Origin: Amoebidium appalachense
Lineage: Eukaryota > Protista > Ichthyosporea
DNA length: 64,000 nucleotides
NCBI GenBank assembly: GCA_963693365.1
Contig: CAVNZM010000009.1
Span: 3,350,231-3,414,230 of the forward strand
Direction: 5' to 3'
Shown here: positions 33,750 to 63,239 of the stretch, one piece after another
Layout: every line of letters begins with the position of its first letter
Numbering within the stretch: the stretch's first letter is position 1
Made by a program: the position numbers and the translations under genes
The notes under the pieces: generated by a model
Databases searched by the model: none
What the model saw: only the letters and a program-made list of their open reading frames with translations
Told to the model about the DNA's origin: nothing

Positions 33750-34264
33750 GGAGGGTGGATCTTTGAAAAGAAGTGGATTTTGATTGTGGTACGTTTACCC
33801 CGCCCCCCCCCCCCCCCCCCCCCCCCCCGCCCGGCCCCGCCCGGCCCGGCCTCTCTTTCTTTCTGACTTTGTCTGTCGGTTGTTGTTTCTTTCTCTGTCT
33901 GAATCCTCCCTCTTCCCCCCCCCCCCCCCCCTCCCTCTCTCTCCCTCCATCCCCCCCCCCCCCCCCCCCCTGCCCATGCCTCCCTCCGTCTATTTCCCTC
34001 TCCCTCTCTTTCTTCTCTCTTTCTCTCTCTCCCTCTTCTCTCTCTCCCCCCCCCCGCTCTCCCTCTCTCCGCCCTCTCTCTCTACCCCCCCTCTATCCCT
34101 CCCTCCATTCCTCCGTTCTTCCCTCGCATCTGGTTTCTCCCCACTCCCCCCTCCATCTCTGCCCCCCTCTTCCTCTCCGTCTCCGTCCTCCTCTCCCTCC
34201 CTCCCACCCTTCCTTCCTCTCTCTCATTGACAATCCCTCCGGCGCCCCATCCCTCGCTTCCTCT

Positions 34265-34403
34265 CCCTCTGAGAATGGGTTCGGCTTTTAATCCATACTG
34301 CGCTTTGCTGATTTTGCATATTTGAATGTATGTAATCAAGTTGCCTTTGTCTTGCACCTGTTTCTCATCGTGTAGTTGTACTTCGTACCCTGTTCCGCAT
34401 TCC

Positions 34404-34405
<2 letters not shown>
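34265..34405 (+). mobile_element. Diverged copy (variant C) of the poly-C-associated retroposon 3' end
   Basis: ccctctgagaatgggttcggcttttaatccatact versus ccccctgaggatgggctctgcttattatgcatact. It shares catcgtgt, tgtacttcgtac and cgcattc, and is followed by poly-C. Confidence 0.65.
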
Positions 34406-34434
<29 letters not shown>

Positions 34435-34665
34435 GCTCTCTCTCTCTCTCTCTCTCTCTCTCCCCGAGCCTCCTTGCCTCCTGACCGTCTCCTCACACTA
34501 TTTCCCCCCCCCCCCCCCCCCCCCCTATTTGTGGGGGTTTTGGTATATTCAACGGTTCTACTTCCCACTGTCTCTGACTCCGTTCTACTTTCGTAACCTT
34601 TTGGTGTATAGAATCCCCCCCTACTGCACATTGCCTCTCCCTTTCGTGTGCCTCTCTTGGTGTCA

Positions 34666-34695
<30 letters not shown>

Positions 34696-34696
<1 letters not shown>

Positions 34697-34846
34697 GGGG
34701 AATAGGTCGAAACTCGGGTACTGTGGATGACGTGGGCCCCCCTGAGGATGGGCTCTGCTTATTATGCATACTCTTTATGTATGGCTTGCATTCTGCATCG
34801 TGTTTTCCGTTTGTTCTTGTGTACTTCGTACTTTTTGACGCATTCA

Positions 34847-34848
<2 letters not shown>
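34696..34848 (+). mobile_element. 153-bp 5'-truncated copy of the poly-C-associated retroposon
   Basis: Reverse complement of about 11457-11609; sits between two tracts of about 30 C. Confidence 0.88.
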
Positions 34849-34902
<54 letters not shown>

Positions 34903-34905
34903 ACC

Positions 34906-34937
<32 letters not shown>

Positions 34938-36263
34938 TGTGCACGCATTTGCACTCATGCTGTGAATTGCTTTCCTCGAATCGAAACGAACCCCAGTGTC
35001 GGTGGGTGGGTGGGGGGGGGGGGGGCATTACCCTTTGACTGCATTGCACTGACTTGCCAACCATCAACAGGTGCGCGTGGGTGCGGTGTGAGATGAATTA
35101 ATGGGACACTGGAAACTTTGAGGATATTTCAAGCCGGGGGGAACTTCGGGATGTGAGTGTCGGAGTCGATGTGTTTGGCTCAGTGCAGGTGTGTGTGTGT
35201 GTGTGTGTGTCTGCTTGAAGGTGGGGGGGGGGGGGGGGGGGGGGGGGAGGGGGACTGTATGAAGTTTAGATCGTTAGGGGGCGCCAGACAGTGCCGCAAG
35301 GTGTGCTCTGTGATGCCTATTTCAGCTGTCTGTGATGCACGTGTAAATGGTACGTAATTAATGTTCATGTTCATGGTAGATGTACCCCTCTCTTTATCAT
35401 TTTTTCTGAAAATTTCGCAGTTTGTGAGCTTTAGCTAAGTCTTCGGGTGTTGGGAATCGTTGGTGCTTATCTGTGATATGCTTTTCAGCTAAAAACAGCA
35501 CTGAAATACACGGTCAGGTGTGCTATTGTAAGCCTTGCTACATACATGCTTATGTGAACTGAATAGCATGTCATTATACTGATGAATAACAAATGCTATA
35601 GTCATAAGGATAACCATAAACTAGTGCTTTCGATATATCATCGAACGGCCATGGGTCAAGACAGTAGAGCTCGCTATTTTACCTTTCTTCGGGCTAAGGG
35701 TTGGTGTTTGTTCAGGTTTAAACTTAAAATTTCAGTGAAATTTCCGAGTCTGGCCATGGCAATCTCGGTGATGTTCGAGGCAATATCCTAGCAGGGGCAC
35801 TTTTTAGATTAGTCATGGAGAAAATTCCAATGTGTCATGTGTTGGCGTTTCAAATAGTGTTCCCACATAAGCATGCACGGAGTATGTATCCATTTGTGAC
35901 CCGTTGGTTTATTTCCGAGTCCCTCCGAGCATTGAACCTAATCGGTCGTGTGTGTCTGGCGAATAAGCTTTAATGGAAAGCTGATGTGTGACAGTGTGAC
36001 AGTCGTCTAGATCTGATGGCAATCTTAGAAATATGGTTGGACGATGTTTGAAACAAATTCGTCCACGTGCAAATTTGAGACTCAATGAATACATATTCGA
36101 GCAAAATATTCACAAGATACGTATATACCGAAGTATAGTTTGCTGTCCGCGCTGTAGTTGGGGGAGCCTATGATCTTCGCGTCATATTCTCTCTGGTTAT
36201 CACAACCCTCCCTCCCTCCCCCCTTCCCCCCCCCCCCCCCCCCCCTCTCCCTCCCTCCCTTCG

Positions 36264-36333
<70 letters not shown>

Positions 36334-36425
36334 CGAGCACGCACATGCGCACACACGTACACAGTCATACACACATACACACATACACATACACACACAC
36401 ATACACATACACACACACACACACG

Positions 36426-36513
<88 letters not shown>

Positions 36514-37452
36514 TTCATGCACACGCACATTCACTGTGAACGTGACGGTCCCCAACCCCAACCCCAACGGTTACCCGCACTGAGCCGGATCTGCTGAGTT
36601 GGGCTATAGCGGCAAGTCATGCATACTCTTTTGTGTGCTTTGCTATCTGCATGATGTTGTCCGTCATGAATGTGGGTGCACTTCGCACTCTGTTGCACAT
36701 CATGATAAGCTCCCGCCCCGCCCACCCCTCTCCCCATCCCGTAGCACATAGTAATACTGTGGCATTCTTGTGACTTCAGAGTTTAGCGGCCACTAGTAGC
36801 TCTCCACCCACACCCCCATCGGATTCCCCCACTGCACCCAGTCCACAACCCCCATAACGGATCCGTTAAAACCCGATAAGTAATACAATACATGTACATA
36901 CACGGGACCCCGGGCGGATTGGGAGTTGGAGGACCCAGCCGTCCAATCATATACCCTTAGAAACGGGCACGTAAACTTTCGTGACACACACACGACTCGA
37001 ACCTCCACATGTACACTGATGAAACACTCACTTTAGAGAAAGATGACACATGACACACAGATCTTTGTGGCTGCCACAAGGCCGATCTGTCTGGCTGCCA
37101 CTTGCACAAGGGTCGAATCTGAGATCTCTAAGGGGCATGGCCAAGCGAAATTCGCGTACGATATATATATACTTGACTCGTGTCCGATAGATCTGGTCAG
37201 TGATCACCCTTAGATACAGACAATATTATTGAAATGTGCTTGCGAGTTTTGCAAGTGTTTTTTGGGGTTATTGAATTATAACGCTTTAAATTTTTTGGAT
37301 TGCTCATAATATGGCTTGGTTTTTACACGCACACACACACTGTATACGTATGGCACACACACACACACACACATACGCACACACGCACACACATCACAGC
37401 GACACACCAGCGCGCGCGTCGTGCTCACGCACACATGTACACACACAGTCTG

Positions 37453-37534
<82 letters not shown>

Positions 37535-38342
37535 TACACAGTTACGGTATACGCCCCCCCCCCCCTGCACCCCCCCCCCTGCTCGCCCCCCTGCCAGCTC
37601 CTTCCCCTGTCCCGCCCTTCCCCTCCCCTCCGATCCTGGGGGATCTTTTTTTTTGTTAGAGTAAAGGGGTTGGTTTGGAAGGTGGTTGAGCGTGTGGGGA
37701 GAATGTGGGGGAGGGGAGCTCGAGGGGTTGGAGGGTGGGATCTACACCACACACGGACTGCCGTGTGCTGCCGCACATCCTGTTGTTACGCCTCCGTTAA
37801 ACGCTTGCATTGAATATGCAGGCCAACCGTAATATACACACGTGTGTGCATGAAATACTATTAGTGGCAACACACGTGCATGCAGCATGGGAAATTCAAC
37901 ACACGTGGATTCGGAGGCACATAGATAGAAAACCCAATTTATATGAATGTTGTGCCCATCGTGTTTCGAATTGATCATGAGTAGTGATAAAAGTTCAAGA
38001 ATTTGTACTCAGTATGATCGAACTTCAAGGACACAATGTTTCACTGACTCAGTTTTTATTTCCGACTTTAAGAATCCAGGTTGTCTGTTAAACGGCTGGC
38101 TGAATGAATTTTCACTAGCCTTCTGATATAGTTGATTTGTTTTCGCACGCACGCACACACACACCGATTGTACGCGACGTACCGTGGCAGACACACACGT
38201 GTACACACACGTGCACACCGGGGCACTGCCGCGGAGAGAGAGAGAGTGTGTGTGTGTGTGTGTAGAAAGAAAAGAGAGAGAGAGAGAGGGGGGGGGGGGG
38301 GGGGGGAGAGGGGGGGGGGGGGCACGCGGGGGGAGGGAGGGG

Positions 38343-38375
<33 letters not shown>

Positions 38376-38709
38376 TTGCAATTGGGGGCAAAGAGAGAGA
38401 GGCCGAGACGCACGTGCACGCAAGTGCGCATGGACGCACGCGGCACGCACGCGCGCGCGCGCGCGCGCCCGCATGCATGCACGTACGCACGCACACGTGC
38501 ACACCGTGGCTGCACGTCGACTTAGATCTCTCGGCTTAGAACGAAGCAAAGCTAGGCTTCTGTATGTAACTTGTTTTTGATGTATTCCAAGCTAGTATTT
38601 AGGTAGATGCAGGCGAAGTATCATGCCATCGGATACATCTGTTGGCACTCAAACAATTTTTTCAGTTGTGCAGAGGGCAGTACTTGCAATATGCCACAGC
38701 CCCCCCAGC

Positions 38710-38741
<32 letters not shown>

Positions 38742-39333
38742 TTATGAGGTATGGTCAACTCCTCCCCCCCCCCCCCCCCCCGTAGGGCCAACCAATGTAT
38801 GATCGGCTAACTACGTGCATGATGCTTATCGAATCAAGAGCGTGCGTTCAATTCGTTGCGAACTTCGAAGTACATTTGCAGCTTTGCATCCCAAGGATCG
38901 TAGTCCAAACTTTCTTTAAATTGTTTTTATTCTATTAAAAATATATATTGATTTTATAGTCTGTATTTTCAAAAAAAAATACCCACTTTGCATCTAAGGT
39001 TACAATGAAACATCATTCCAAGGCCTCCTTGGTTCATTCGCGAATAGGAACGCGGTAACGATGTCGTATACTGCCGTAGTAAGCGCGCCAAATTTCTAAA
39101 CCAATCACCCGCGAGTGATGATTTAATTAGGAAATATATCTACCAATCATATACCTGCAGCAAAAGCGTTTCGCATTTCAACGTTTCGAAAAAGCAAGAC
39201 AGTCTAACGGCCACACGGAACAGTTGGGTCTATTATCAGCTCTTGTCGTTCTCTGAACCTTTCTCGGGCGGATATTGATAAACTATATATGAATAGAGTG
39301 TACAAACAATACTGTAGCTTCTCTCGCTCTCTC

Positions 39334-39406
<73 letters not shown>

Positions 39407-39540
39407 GGGGGGAGGGGGCCGTCGTGCATCCTTCCACCTTCAGGTCCACTTCTCTCCTAGTCGATTCAATACGCAAATCAATACCACACCAGTATCTTAT
39501 CATTTGCTCCATCATTCCTACCCTAAGAGAGGGTTGAAGA

Positions 39541-48268
<8,728 letters not shown>

Positions 48269-49110
48269 ACTGCTGCAAATATAGTATATGTAAGGTTCAA
48301 AAGCCTCTTATATATGTATTTAACATTTCTATCACCTTTTTTTGTTTGTTTTCCTAATAGAATAAAGAGTTTTTCTACTTTGAAGGACACACATATCAGG
48401 GATTTAGACATATATGGTGGAACTTTTTTTTGACCAATTATCGCGAAATAAAAAAAAGTAAGGTGATAGAATGATTTGGTTCTATTTAAAATGTTTAGAA
48501 TTTTTTACAGGACTTTTTTATTGGCTCTAGAGGGAATAAAAAGTGTAAATACGTAAAGCTACCTTTATTTTCACCTTTCAAAAACATAGGCAAGAAAGAG
48601 CTTTTGCCGTTGGTGCGTGATTGGTCAATAGAGCACTCTGCGAGTGCGTGGCCAATCCGATTCGCATACTATGTGACCGCAGAATGCATCAGTATCGCGG
48701 CGTGACTTCAAAAACCTAATAATCCAAATATAGTTATATCATAATATCATAGAATAATGTTATGTTATTTCAGTAGTTTTTCGCTATTTATCTGCGTATG
48801 TTTTTAGCTAGGCTTTAAACTGCCTGGTTCTTTGACCGCCCGACAGTTCGCATGACTCCTCATGAGTCATGAATGCTCCAAGGGACCCGAATGATTGGCT
48901 CATAATCAGGAACTTTTGTGTCTCATTTTCTATGAAATGCAGCTTCGACCAGCTCATCGCGGGATGTACTAGTGCGGCTAATACGGCATAGCTTTTAGAC
49001 GTGGTGCACACACACGTATACACACACACGTATACACACACACGTATACACACACACGTATACACACACACGTACACACACGTACACACACTGACACACT
49101 GTGTGCACAG

Positions 49111-49523
49111 GAGAGTGTCACTGCGGACCATCCCATCCACAAACTGGAGGAGGATGAGGGCTACGAATTAATGGACCTCAGTGTCGTATGCAGCCCCCCC
49201 CCCCCCCCCCCCCCCCTGCCCCCCTCTCCCCCCTCCCCCCCCTTAACTCCCACCCCCTCTCTCCCCCTTTTCCATCCTCCCGCCCCCAGCCCCCCTCTCC
49301 CCTCCCCCTTCCCCTCCCCCTCCTCCTCCCCTCCCCCCCACCTCCTTCCATGCATGCTCTTTCATGTGTGCTTTGCAATGTGCATTGGTTGTCCGTCGTC
49401 AATGTGGATTTTGTAGTCTTTAACACATTCTACCTCCCATGGATTCCACTATCTCCCCCCCCCCCCCCCCCCCCCCCCTTCCTCCCCCCCAACCAAAACA
49501 CGCACACACGCACACGCACACAT

Positions 49524-49613
<90 letters not shown>

Positions 49614-50033
49614 GTAGGAGAAGCAGCAGAAGAAGAGAGCACAGACACAGACACACACACACAAACATATAGGGACCCCAATGATGATGTGGTCTGTTGG
49701 GTCAGGGTTCTCCCCCCCCCCCCCCCCCCCCCCCCCCCTTTGTACCTGCACGATTGCTGTGAAATGGAAGTGTTTTGTCGTGGTTTTCGATTTTCTTGGT
49801 TCCTTGGTCCCCCCCGCCTCCACCCGCTCCCCCTGCTGCCCCACCACCACCACCACCACAAAACCGGATTAGGAGAATGAGACAATAGACTGTGTGCCGT
49901 GGATGACTTTAGACCTGCCCGAACATTGTCTTTGCTTTCGTTTTATTCTGTTAGTGTTTGCGGTTTCTCTCAACGAATGCGCACTGTTCTTTCGCATAGA
50001 TTTTTTGAAAACACACCACACTGAAACTCTCAC

Positions 50034-50069
<36 letters not shown>

Positions 50070-50108
50070 CCCCCTCTCCCCGTCGCACCGCCTTCCTCCC
50101 GCATACAG

Positions 50109-50172
<64 letters not shown>

Positions 50173-50273
50173 TGGATCCCATGCTTATTGAGCATCTTTA
50201 CCAACAACTCAAGTCCAGTCCTCTGATCGGGGCAGGCAGCCCCCGTTACCAAACAGAGGTGCCCTCCCCCCTC

Positions 50274-50327
<54 letters not shown>

Positions 50328-51075
50328 TATAATGCACGTACACGCACCAACACACACACACACTAACACATGCCTACACGCGCGTGCACACACACACACT
50401 CACGCACGCACGTACACTCACAGTCACACACACTTGCGCTCGTTCTCGTTATCGAGTGGTCTTGCTTTGTATTTTTTTTTTTTTTTGCATTCAGAGACAC
50501 AGTAGGACATGAACACGCTTGCACACACACAGATGCACACACCCGAACACAATAATTCCTTCCCCTCCCCACCCCACCCCTCTCCCCCCGTTCCCCGGCA
50601 CCCCCTCCCTTTGTCATCACTTTTCGTCTTAGCTATCACCCCCTCAAGAGCACGTTTACCACCACCCACGCGCTAACCTCCCCGTGTGCCTTCAGGAATG
50701 GCAGCGTGCACGTGTGCGCCGGGCACTTAAGGCCTGCAACAATGACGTAGAAGATGCCAGAGTCTTCCTTACAAACCACCTCGAATGGTGGGTGTCCCCC
50801 CCCCCCCCCCCCCCCTCCCCCCACGCCCCGGCCCTCGTCCCCCTCTCTTTGCGTCTCTCTCTCTCTCTCTCTCTCTGTTTGTCCCAATCTCTCTCTCCCC
50901 ACTTCTCGCCCCACCCTTATTGGTTATTCTTGGAGGAATTTTGCTGTTGTGTGTGTGTGTAAAGGAGGAGGGGTTGGATGGGGGTGGGGGGGGGGGGGGG
51001 GGGGGGGGGGGCATGTGTCATTACCGAGGTTTTTCAGTTTTTTTTTTTTTTTTTGTGTGTGTGGGAAAGAAGGGG

Positions 51076-51113
<38 letters not shown>

Positions 51114-51509
51114 GTAGCATTTAGCTACATTCCAATTTTTGATGTGGGGGGTTTTCTTCAGGCTTGCAAAAGTTAAGCCCGAAGCAATCACCAAGGAGGA
51201 GCTTTCACGGGAGCTAGCAGCCAACAAACTGTATTGGCACAAGTGTGACCTCAAGGGCAACCCCGTGCTCATATGCAGGGTACGTGCGAAGTTCTGTAAT
51301 TTTTGAACAGAATCCCCCCCCTCCCTCTCCCCATTTCTGGGTGGCCGGGCGCATAATGAATGGATGGCTGGCTTTGCCCAGCTTACGTACACGCACATGC
51401 ACACACACTCACGCACGCACGCACACATACACACACAAACACAAACACAAACACATACACATACAAATTATGTATTACCACAGTCCTTGATCGTTATGGG
51501 GAGGTTAAA

Positions 51510-51550
<41 letters not shown>

Positions 51551-51876
51551 AACATAGCTACCAAATATATATATATATATAAACATAGCTACAGCTCTCA
51601 AATGTTGGAAAGGGGAGAAGATAATCAGAGAAAGAAACGATAAAGTGACTAAAAAAGAAAAAACGAAACGAAGCTGACCTCATAACTCTGTTATTTTGTG
51701 TGCAATAGGTGGCACGGCACATTGTGGAGGGAGGAGACCAAAAGTACGGCAACGTGAAGTTGTGGCTCTACAAGCTGAACGAGTTTGAAACCATTAGGTA
51801 AGAGAGGGAGGGAGGGAGGGAGTGCTGGAAGGAAAGAAAAGGGGGGGGGGGGGGGGGGGGGGGGGGGGAGACAGAG

Positions 51877-51959
<83 letters not shown>

Positions 51960-51979
51960 GAGGTATGGAGGGAGGTGGA

Positions 51980-52010
<31 letters not shown>

Positions 52011-52648
52011 TGAGGGGAGGGGGGGGGGGGGGGGGGGGTAATTTTTAGTAATAATAGTAAATATATATGACATTTATAATATTAATGATAATGATAAATT
52101 TATGATGCTACAATGGGAAGAATATCTGTCAAATCGTTGAGGGGCAAAAAAAACATGCAATATTACAAGAAAAGATCTTTTTTTCTGTGAGGTTTCAGCA
52201 GTTGGGTGGGGTCTTAGTGTGTGGCTGGGGCCATGCATGTGTGTGCGTGGATGCATGTGTGCATGCATGCTGCAAAATTTTGCTTGTGTATGAACATGTG
52301 TGAACATGAGAATGTCCCCCCCCCCCCCCCCCCCCCCTCTCTCTCCTCCTTTTTTTTTTTTGGAGGGGGGGGGGGGGGGGGGGGGGGGGGGCTTCCATCC
52401 CTGTTTCTCATTTTGTTGTGCGCCAAATATTGTCGTGTTTTCCACTGACTTTTATCTTTTTCCCTTCAGAGCCGACAGTCCGTACCGAAAGTTCACGATC
52501 ATCTATGACCGGCGAGGCACCAGCATGAAGAACTCGGACGTTTGGCTCCTAAGAAAACTGCTGCAATTCATCCAAGGTAGAGCATATACGCCCTTGTGTC
52601 TTTCTCCGCCTCCCCCCCCCCCCCCCCCCCCCCCCCCCCTTCCACACA

Positions 52649-52735
<87 letters not shown>

Positions 52736-53896
52736 ACACCCGCAAACAAGGGGAAACGAATAAGAAAAGAAAGAGGGTGAAAGGGGAAGCAGGAAGTTTA
52801 AGGGGGAGGGGGGAGGGGGGGATTTTCCCGTTCAATAGTGCTGTTGAAACAATGATAAGTTCGGGGACCCCCCCCCTCCTCCCCCAATCCCTCCCGTTCA
52901 GAGATGAAAGAGTCGGATGCATCCCTTTAGTGGAGGCATCGGAACCAACTCCCCTCCCCCACCCCACCCCACACACACACACATACCCCACACCCCTTCC
53001 CCTATGCTTGTGCGGGCTAGAACCTCACGTCCTCTCTTTTCCTTCTGCAGTAAATTACACTGGGATGGTGCACCGGATCTACGTCATCAACCCCGACTAC
53101 GCCTTCATGTACGGATACAACCTGCTCAAGGGGCTGCTGACACACGCATTCAGAGAGAGGGTTAAATTCCTCGATGATACCGTACGTGTTTCTACCTCAC
53201 CCTCCCCCCCCCACCCACCCACCCACCCACCCCACCCCACCCCACACCCTCCCCGTCCCCCCGCCCTCTCCCCGTCCACCCTCTCTTACCTTCCCTTTCC
53301 TTCTCTCTTCGTGTCTCTACATCCCTCCGTCACTCTCCCCTCTGGCTCGGTTCAAGCGTCTGTTTGGATTTCTGGTGTTCGTTTATTTGTTACTTTTTGT
53401 ATTTTGTCGTTTGATGTTTACATCCATAGTTCCAGCCCTCTAATGCATACGTCAGCCCCTCCCCCCCCCCCCCCCCTCCCTCCTTCTCCACCTCCGCTAC
53501 GCAGGGCGTCGACGTAATGGCAAGGCATCACACAACACGCACATGCACGCGCGCGCACACACATACACACACAAACACGCGCGCACACAGGTACATGTAC
53601 ACAAGCACACACGCACACACACACGCAGCACGCCTACTTACGCGACACACAAGCATGCGCACGTACCCTCCTCCCAACACACACATACTCTCTTTCTCTC
53701 TGTCTCGTGAAACATGTAGCTCATCCTCCCGTAATCACACACATTGACACCCCCTTTTTCTTCTCCTTTTCTTCCTTTTTTCCTTCAGCGGTGGCAACAG
53801 CAACTGATCGGCATGGTAGGAAGAGAAAACCTTGAAAGTGACATGGGAGGAATCTGCAACGTCGAATATGATGAAGACGGTCTGATCGTGCAATAG
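49111..53896 (+). CDS. CRAL-TRIO (Sec14-like) lipid-binding protein; start codon not located
   Basis: Phase-consistent exons 49111-49185, 50169-50258, 50696-50787, 51162-51279, 51709-51797, 52470-52576, 53051-53181, 53789-53896. Motifs RRALKACNNDVEDA..LEW, DLKGNPVLI, FTIIYDRRG, NYTGMVHRIYVINP, RERVKFL, LESDMGG. Confidence 0.88.
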
Positions 53897-56048
53897 GTCA
53901 CCCTCCGAGGGGGGGAAGAAGAAGGAGGAGAGGGGAAGAGGGGGGGGGGGAGGGGGGGGAGGGGGAGGGGTGGGGATGGGGGCTTTGGAATGGGATGGCT
54001 GATTTAAAGCAAGACTAGAAGTGAAACACACCGGGGGAGGGGGGGAAGGGAGAGAGGGGGGGGGGGGGGGGGGGGGGGGAGGGGGTACAGATGTTGATGT
54101 ATCGGTCAGGCTCGTGGATCAGATATGAGTTTCTGACTGTTGGCCATATATAGGATACGTGTGTGTGTTTGTGCATCTGTGCAGGCCCACACTGCATGGC
54201 CATGCCTTTATACACGCCACATGCACATGTGTTAAAAAAAAAAAAAAAGGGGGGGGGGGGGGGGGGGGGGGAGGGGGGGGGGCTAGCGCAAGGGTTCTAG
54301 CTGCCTACGGAGCACATGGTCGTTTTGTATGTCATTGCAGGTGATTTGGATTTGACCTAAACTCGGTTGTGACGCTCACACGTGCACACCACATATTCAT
54401 TATTGATACTTGGCCACTAGTTAGCATGATCCTTTAAAATTTTAAAGGGATAATAATCCCGTTCAAATTAGCGGAGTTGTTGAAACCTCGTTGTCCCTTT
54501 ATCGTGCTTTACACACTGATTAACACATGTTTATTATTCCTCAAATATTTATTCTGCTTGTTTTTGTTTTGTGTTTTCTTTCTTTACATCTAAGTTTTAA
54601 AATGAAAATTAAAGTCATAACAATAAAAATTCCTGCGGGAGGCCAACTGGCTTGTGCGTCTCGCCTGGTTGCAAGTGATGTTTGAGGAGAGAAGGTGTGA
54701 GTGTTTGCCTGTCGGTGTGTGTGTGTGTGTGCATGTGTAGGACCGGTACGTGGACGTGATCGACTACGGGGTGTCTGAATGTGCGCACGTGACGTTTCTC
54801 ACGTGTTGAAGCCAATCAAATCCCCTATTTGATGAACGCAAAAACCACGATAATTTAAAAGCACAAAAACCCGGTGTCGTGCAGAGTCTAATGCTCCTCC
54901 ATAAAATCGCAATCATGTGTCACAAATATCACATTACAGTATATCAAAAGACCCGTCTTGTGCTGATTGATGAGGATATATATTGGAATGATTGCTCAAG
55001 TGGTATCAAAAAAAATACCTTCCCTAGGGCAAAAACCGGCGCAAAGTGACATTGTGTCATCGCGATACAATCAAAAAACAATTACGTAAATGCAGATGCA
55101 TATACTATATGGGGGGATTTACGCTGTTTACTAGACGCCCTGAGAGACCCGGCCTTCGAATACTATAGCTATGATATGGAGGGAGGGGGTTGCTCGACAA
55201 ACGCCAGCCAAATTTACGTACTGCAAGTAATGATTCTTAGAATATCGAATCACATCATGACATACTGTTACCGTGTATTTGTAATGGAAACAATGGGCTG
55301 ATATATGAACGGGCTTCACATCACGAGATTTTAAATTTAATTAAGTAGACTGTACTACGTACGGGGAGAGGATGGTGGTGGTGGTGGTTGTGTGTGTGTG
55401 TGTCTGGGGAGGGGGGGGGGGGGGGGGGGGGGACATTGTGCGTCTGCCAACAACTACATGGTGCACACACACAACTCACAGACACATGTACACACACCGC
55501 GTGACTGTGACACGTACCCACCCACCCACCTGTCCCGGATTCGGATGATGGAGCCCCGCCCCCCCCACAAAAAAAAAAAAAAAAAAAAAAAAAACCACCA
55601 CCACATGTACGCACAGACACATGCTCACACCACACCACACACGCGTGTACACTCTTGTCCACATACATGTGGATAACTGTACAACCACGTGCATGCATAA
55701 CTCGGATACCAATTTGCTCAAAACAAAATTAAAAGGTAGCATTACACATTTACGAAGTCTGACCCCTCTGGGGCCAGAACCAACCTAAAAAAGCTGGTTG
55801 TAATGCCTGCCATTCTATCAAGGTTACTTGAACACCGTGTAAAACATAAAAATAACGAGCCGTATATATCTTAGAGAGAAAAAAAAACACTGGACGCAGG
55901 ACACCACGGCTTGCCTACCGGTACACTCATGCCCACCAACCCACCGCACGCACACAAGCACGCACGGATGCACGCACACACACAGCACACGCGCGCTCAC
56001 GCACACACTCAAGCGCGCGCACACACAAAAGCTACGCTGTAGACAGCA

Positions 56049-56086
<38 letters not shown>

Positions 56087-57067
56087 ACAAAAGAAACACG
56101 CACGCTGTGCTCACTGCACGACAACTAGCTTACACGTAGACCCACACGCAGTGCACCCGAACCCTCTTCATGTGATTTCACACGTGCATGTGCACTCATT
56201 ACTGCCTACGGGTCTGTCCGTGGGCACCAGGCATGCCCAACTTCACTGGGTTTTCTAGCACAGCCAATCAGATTCCATAGATTGTACAAGTCGGCCAACC
56301 CATTTGATAAATTCATTGACATAACTACAATGGTAATGGGCCGGGCAGAATTACCGAAATACACATTTTTGTAAATTTTGTAACTAATATACGGGGGAAG
56401 AGAGGTGGCATGCACAGAAAAAGATGCCATACATAAATCCCTCAAGCACCATCGACTTGTGCTTCTTTAACCGGAAAGCCTAATTAATGGGCACCTCGTA
56501 ACTTCCATAATACGTTCGTGTAGCATACGTAATCCTGTATAAAAGGCCGTAAGAAAAATAGTTTGTTTTTAAATTATATTTTTACAGTGCCCAAATCGAG
56601 AAAAACAGGGCAGCAAAAGCAAAGGTCCGCCGTAGAGTTGGGCTACGTCCATTGCATGGCATGGCATAAAAAGGTTGCTGTGTTTTTAAAATCATGCACA
56701 ACCATGCACAGTTTCCTTTACTGGGCAATTTATATAATAACAATACTTGTATACTAATATTATAATAGCAATGTACTTTACTGATTGATTGACAATATAG
56801 AAGACACACACACGGCTATATGCAGTTGAACACCACATATCGTGCATATACACCTTACGTGCCACCACACCCGATTAACGCACAGCATTTACATATATCT
56901 CCCTACACGCGCCAACAAATCCAACCCTTGCTCAGTGTGTATATTTACCCACGTGCAAAAAAAAAAAAAAAAGAAAGAAAGAAAGAAAGCATTCGACCCT
57001 TGCCTAGTGTTAATATCCATCTAACCACGTGCAAACACACCCCAACTCACACTCAGTGCATAATATC

Positions 57068-57103
57068 CAAGGCCTCCTATATGTTAGGATATAGGAGGCC
57101 TTG
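57068..57103. mobile_element. 36-bp palindromic micro-MITE with 8-bp TSD
   Basis: ataatatc[caaggcctcctatat-gttagg-atataggaggccttg]ataatatc; same outer 12-bp TIR as 27511-27549, different TSD. Confidence 0.85.
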
Positions 57104-57113
57104 ATAATATCTC

Positions 57114-63239
<6,126 letters not shown>

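Noticed and set aside
36990-37005. Pol III B-box (GGTTCGAGTC, minus strand)
   Set aside because: No A-box or cloverleaf nearby.
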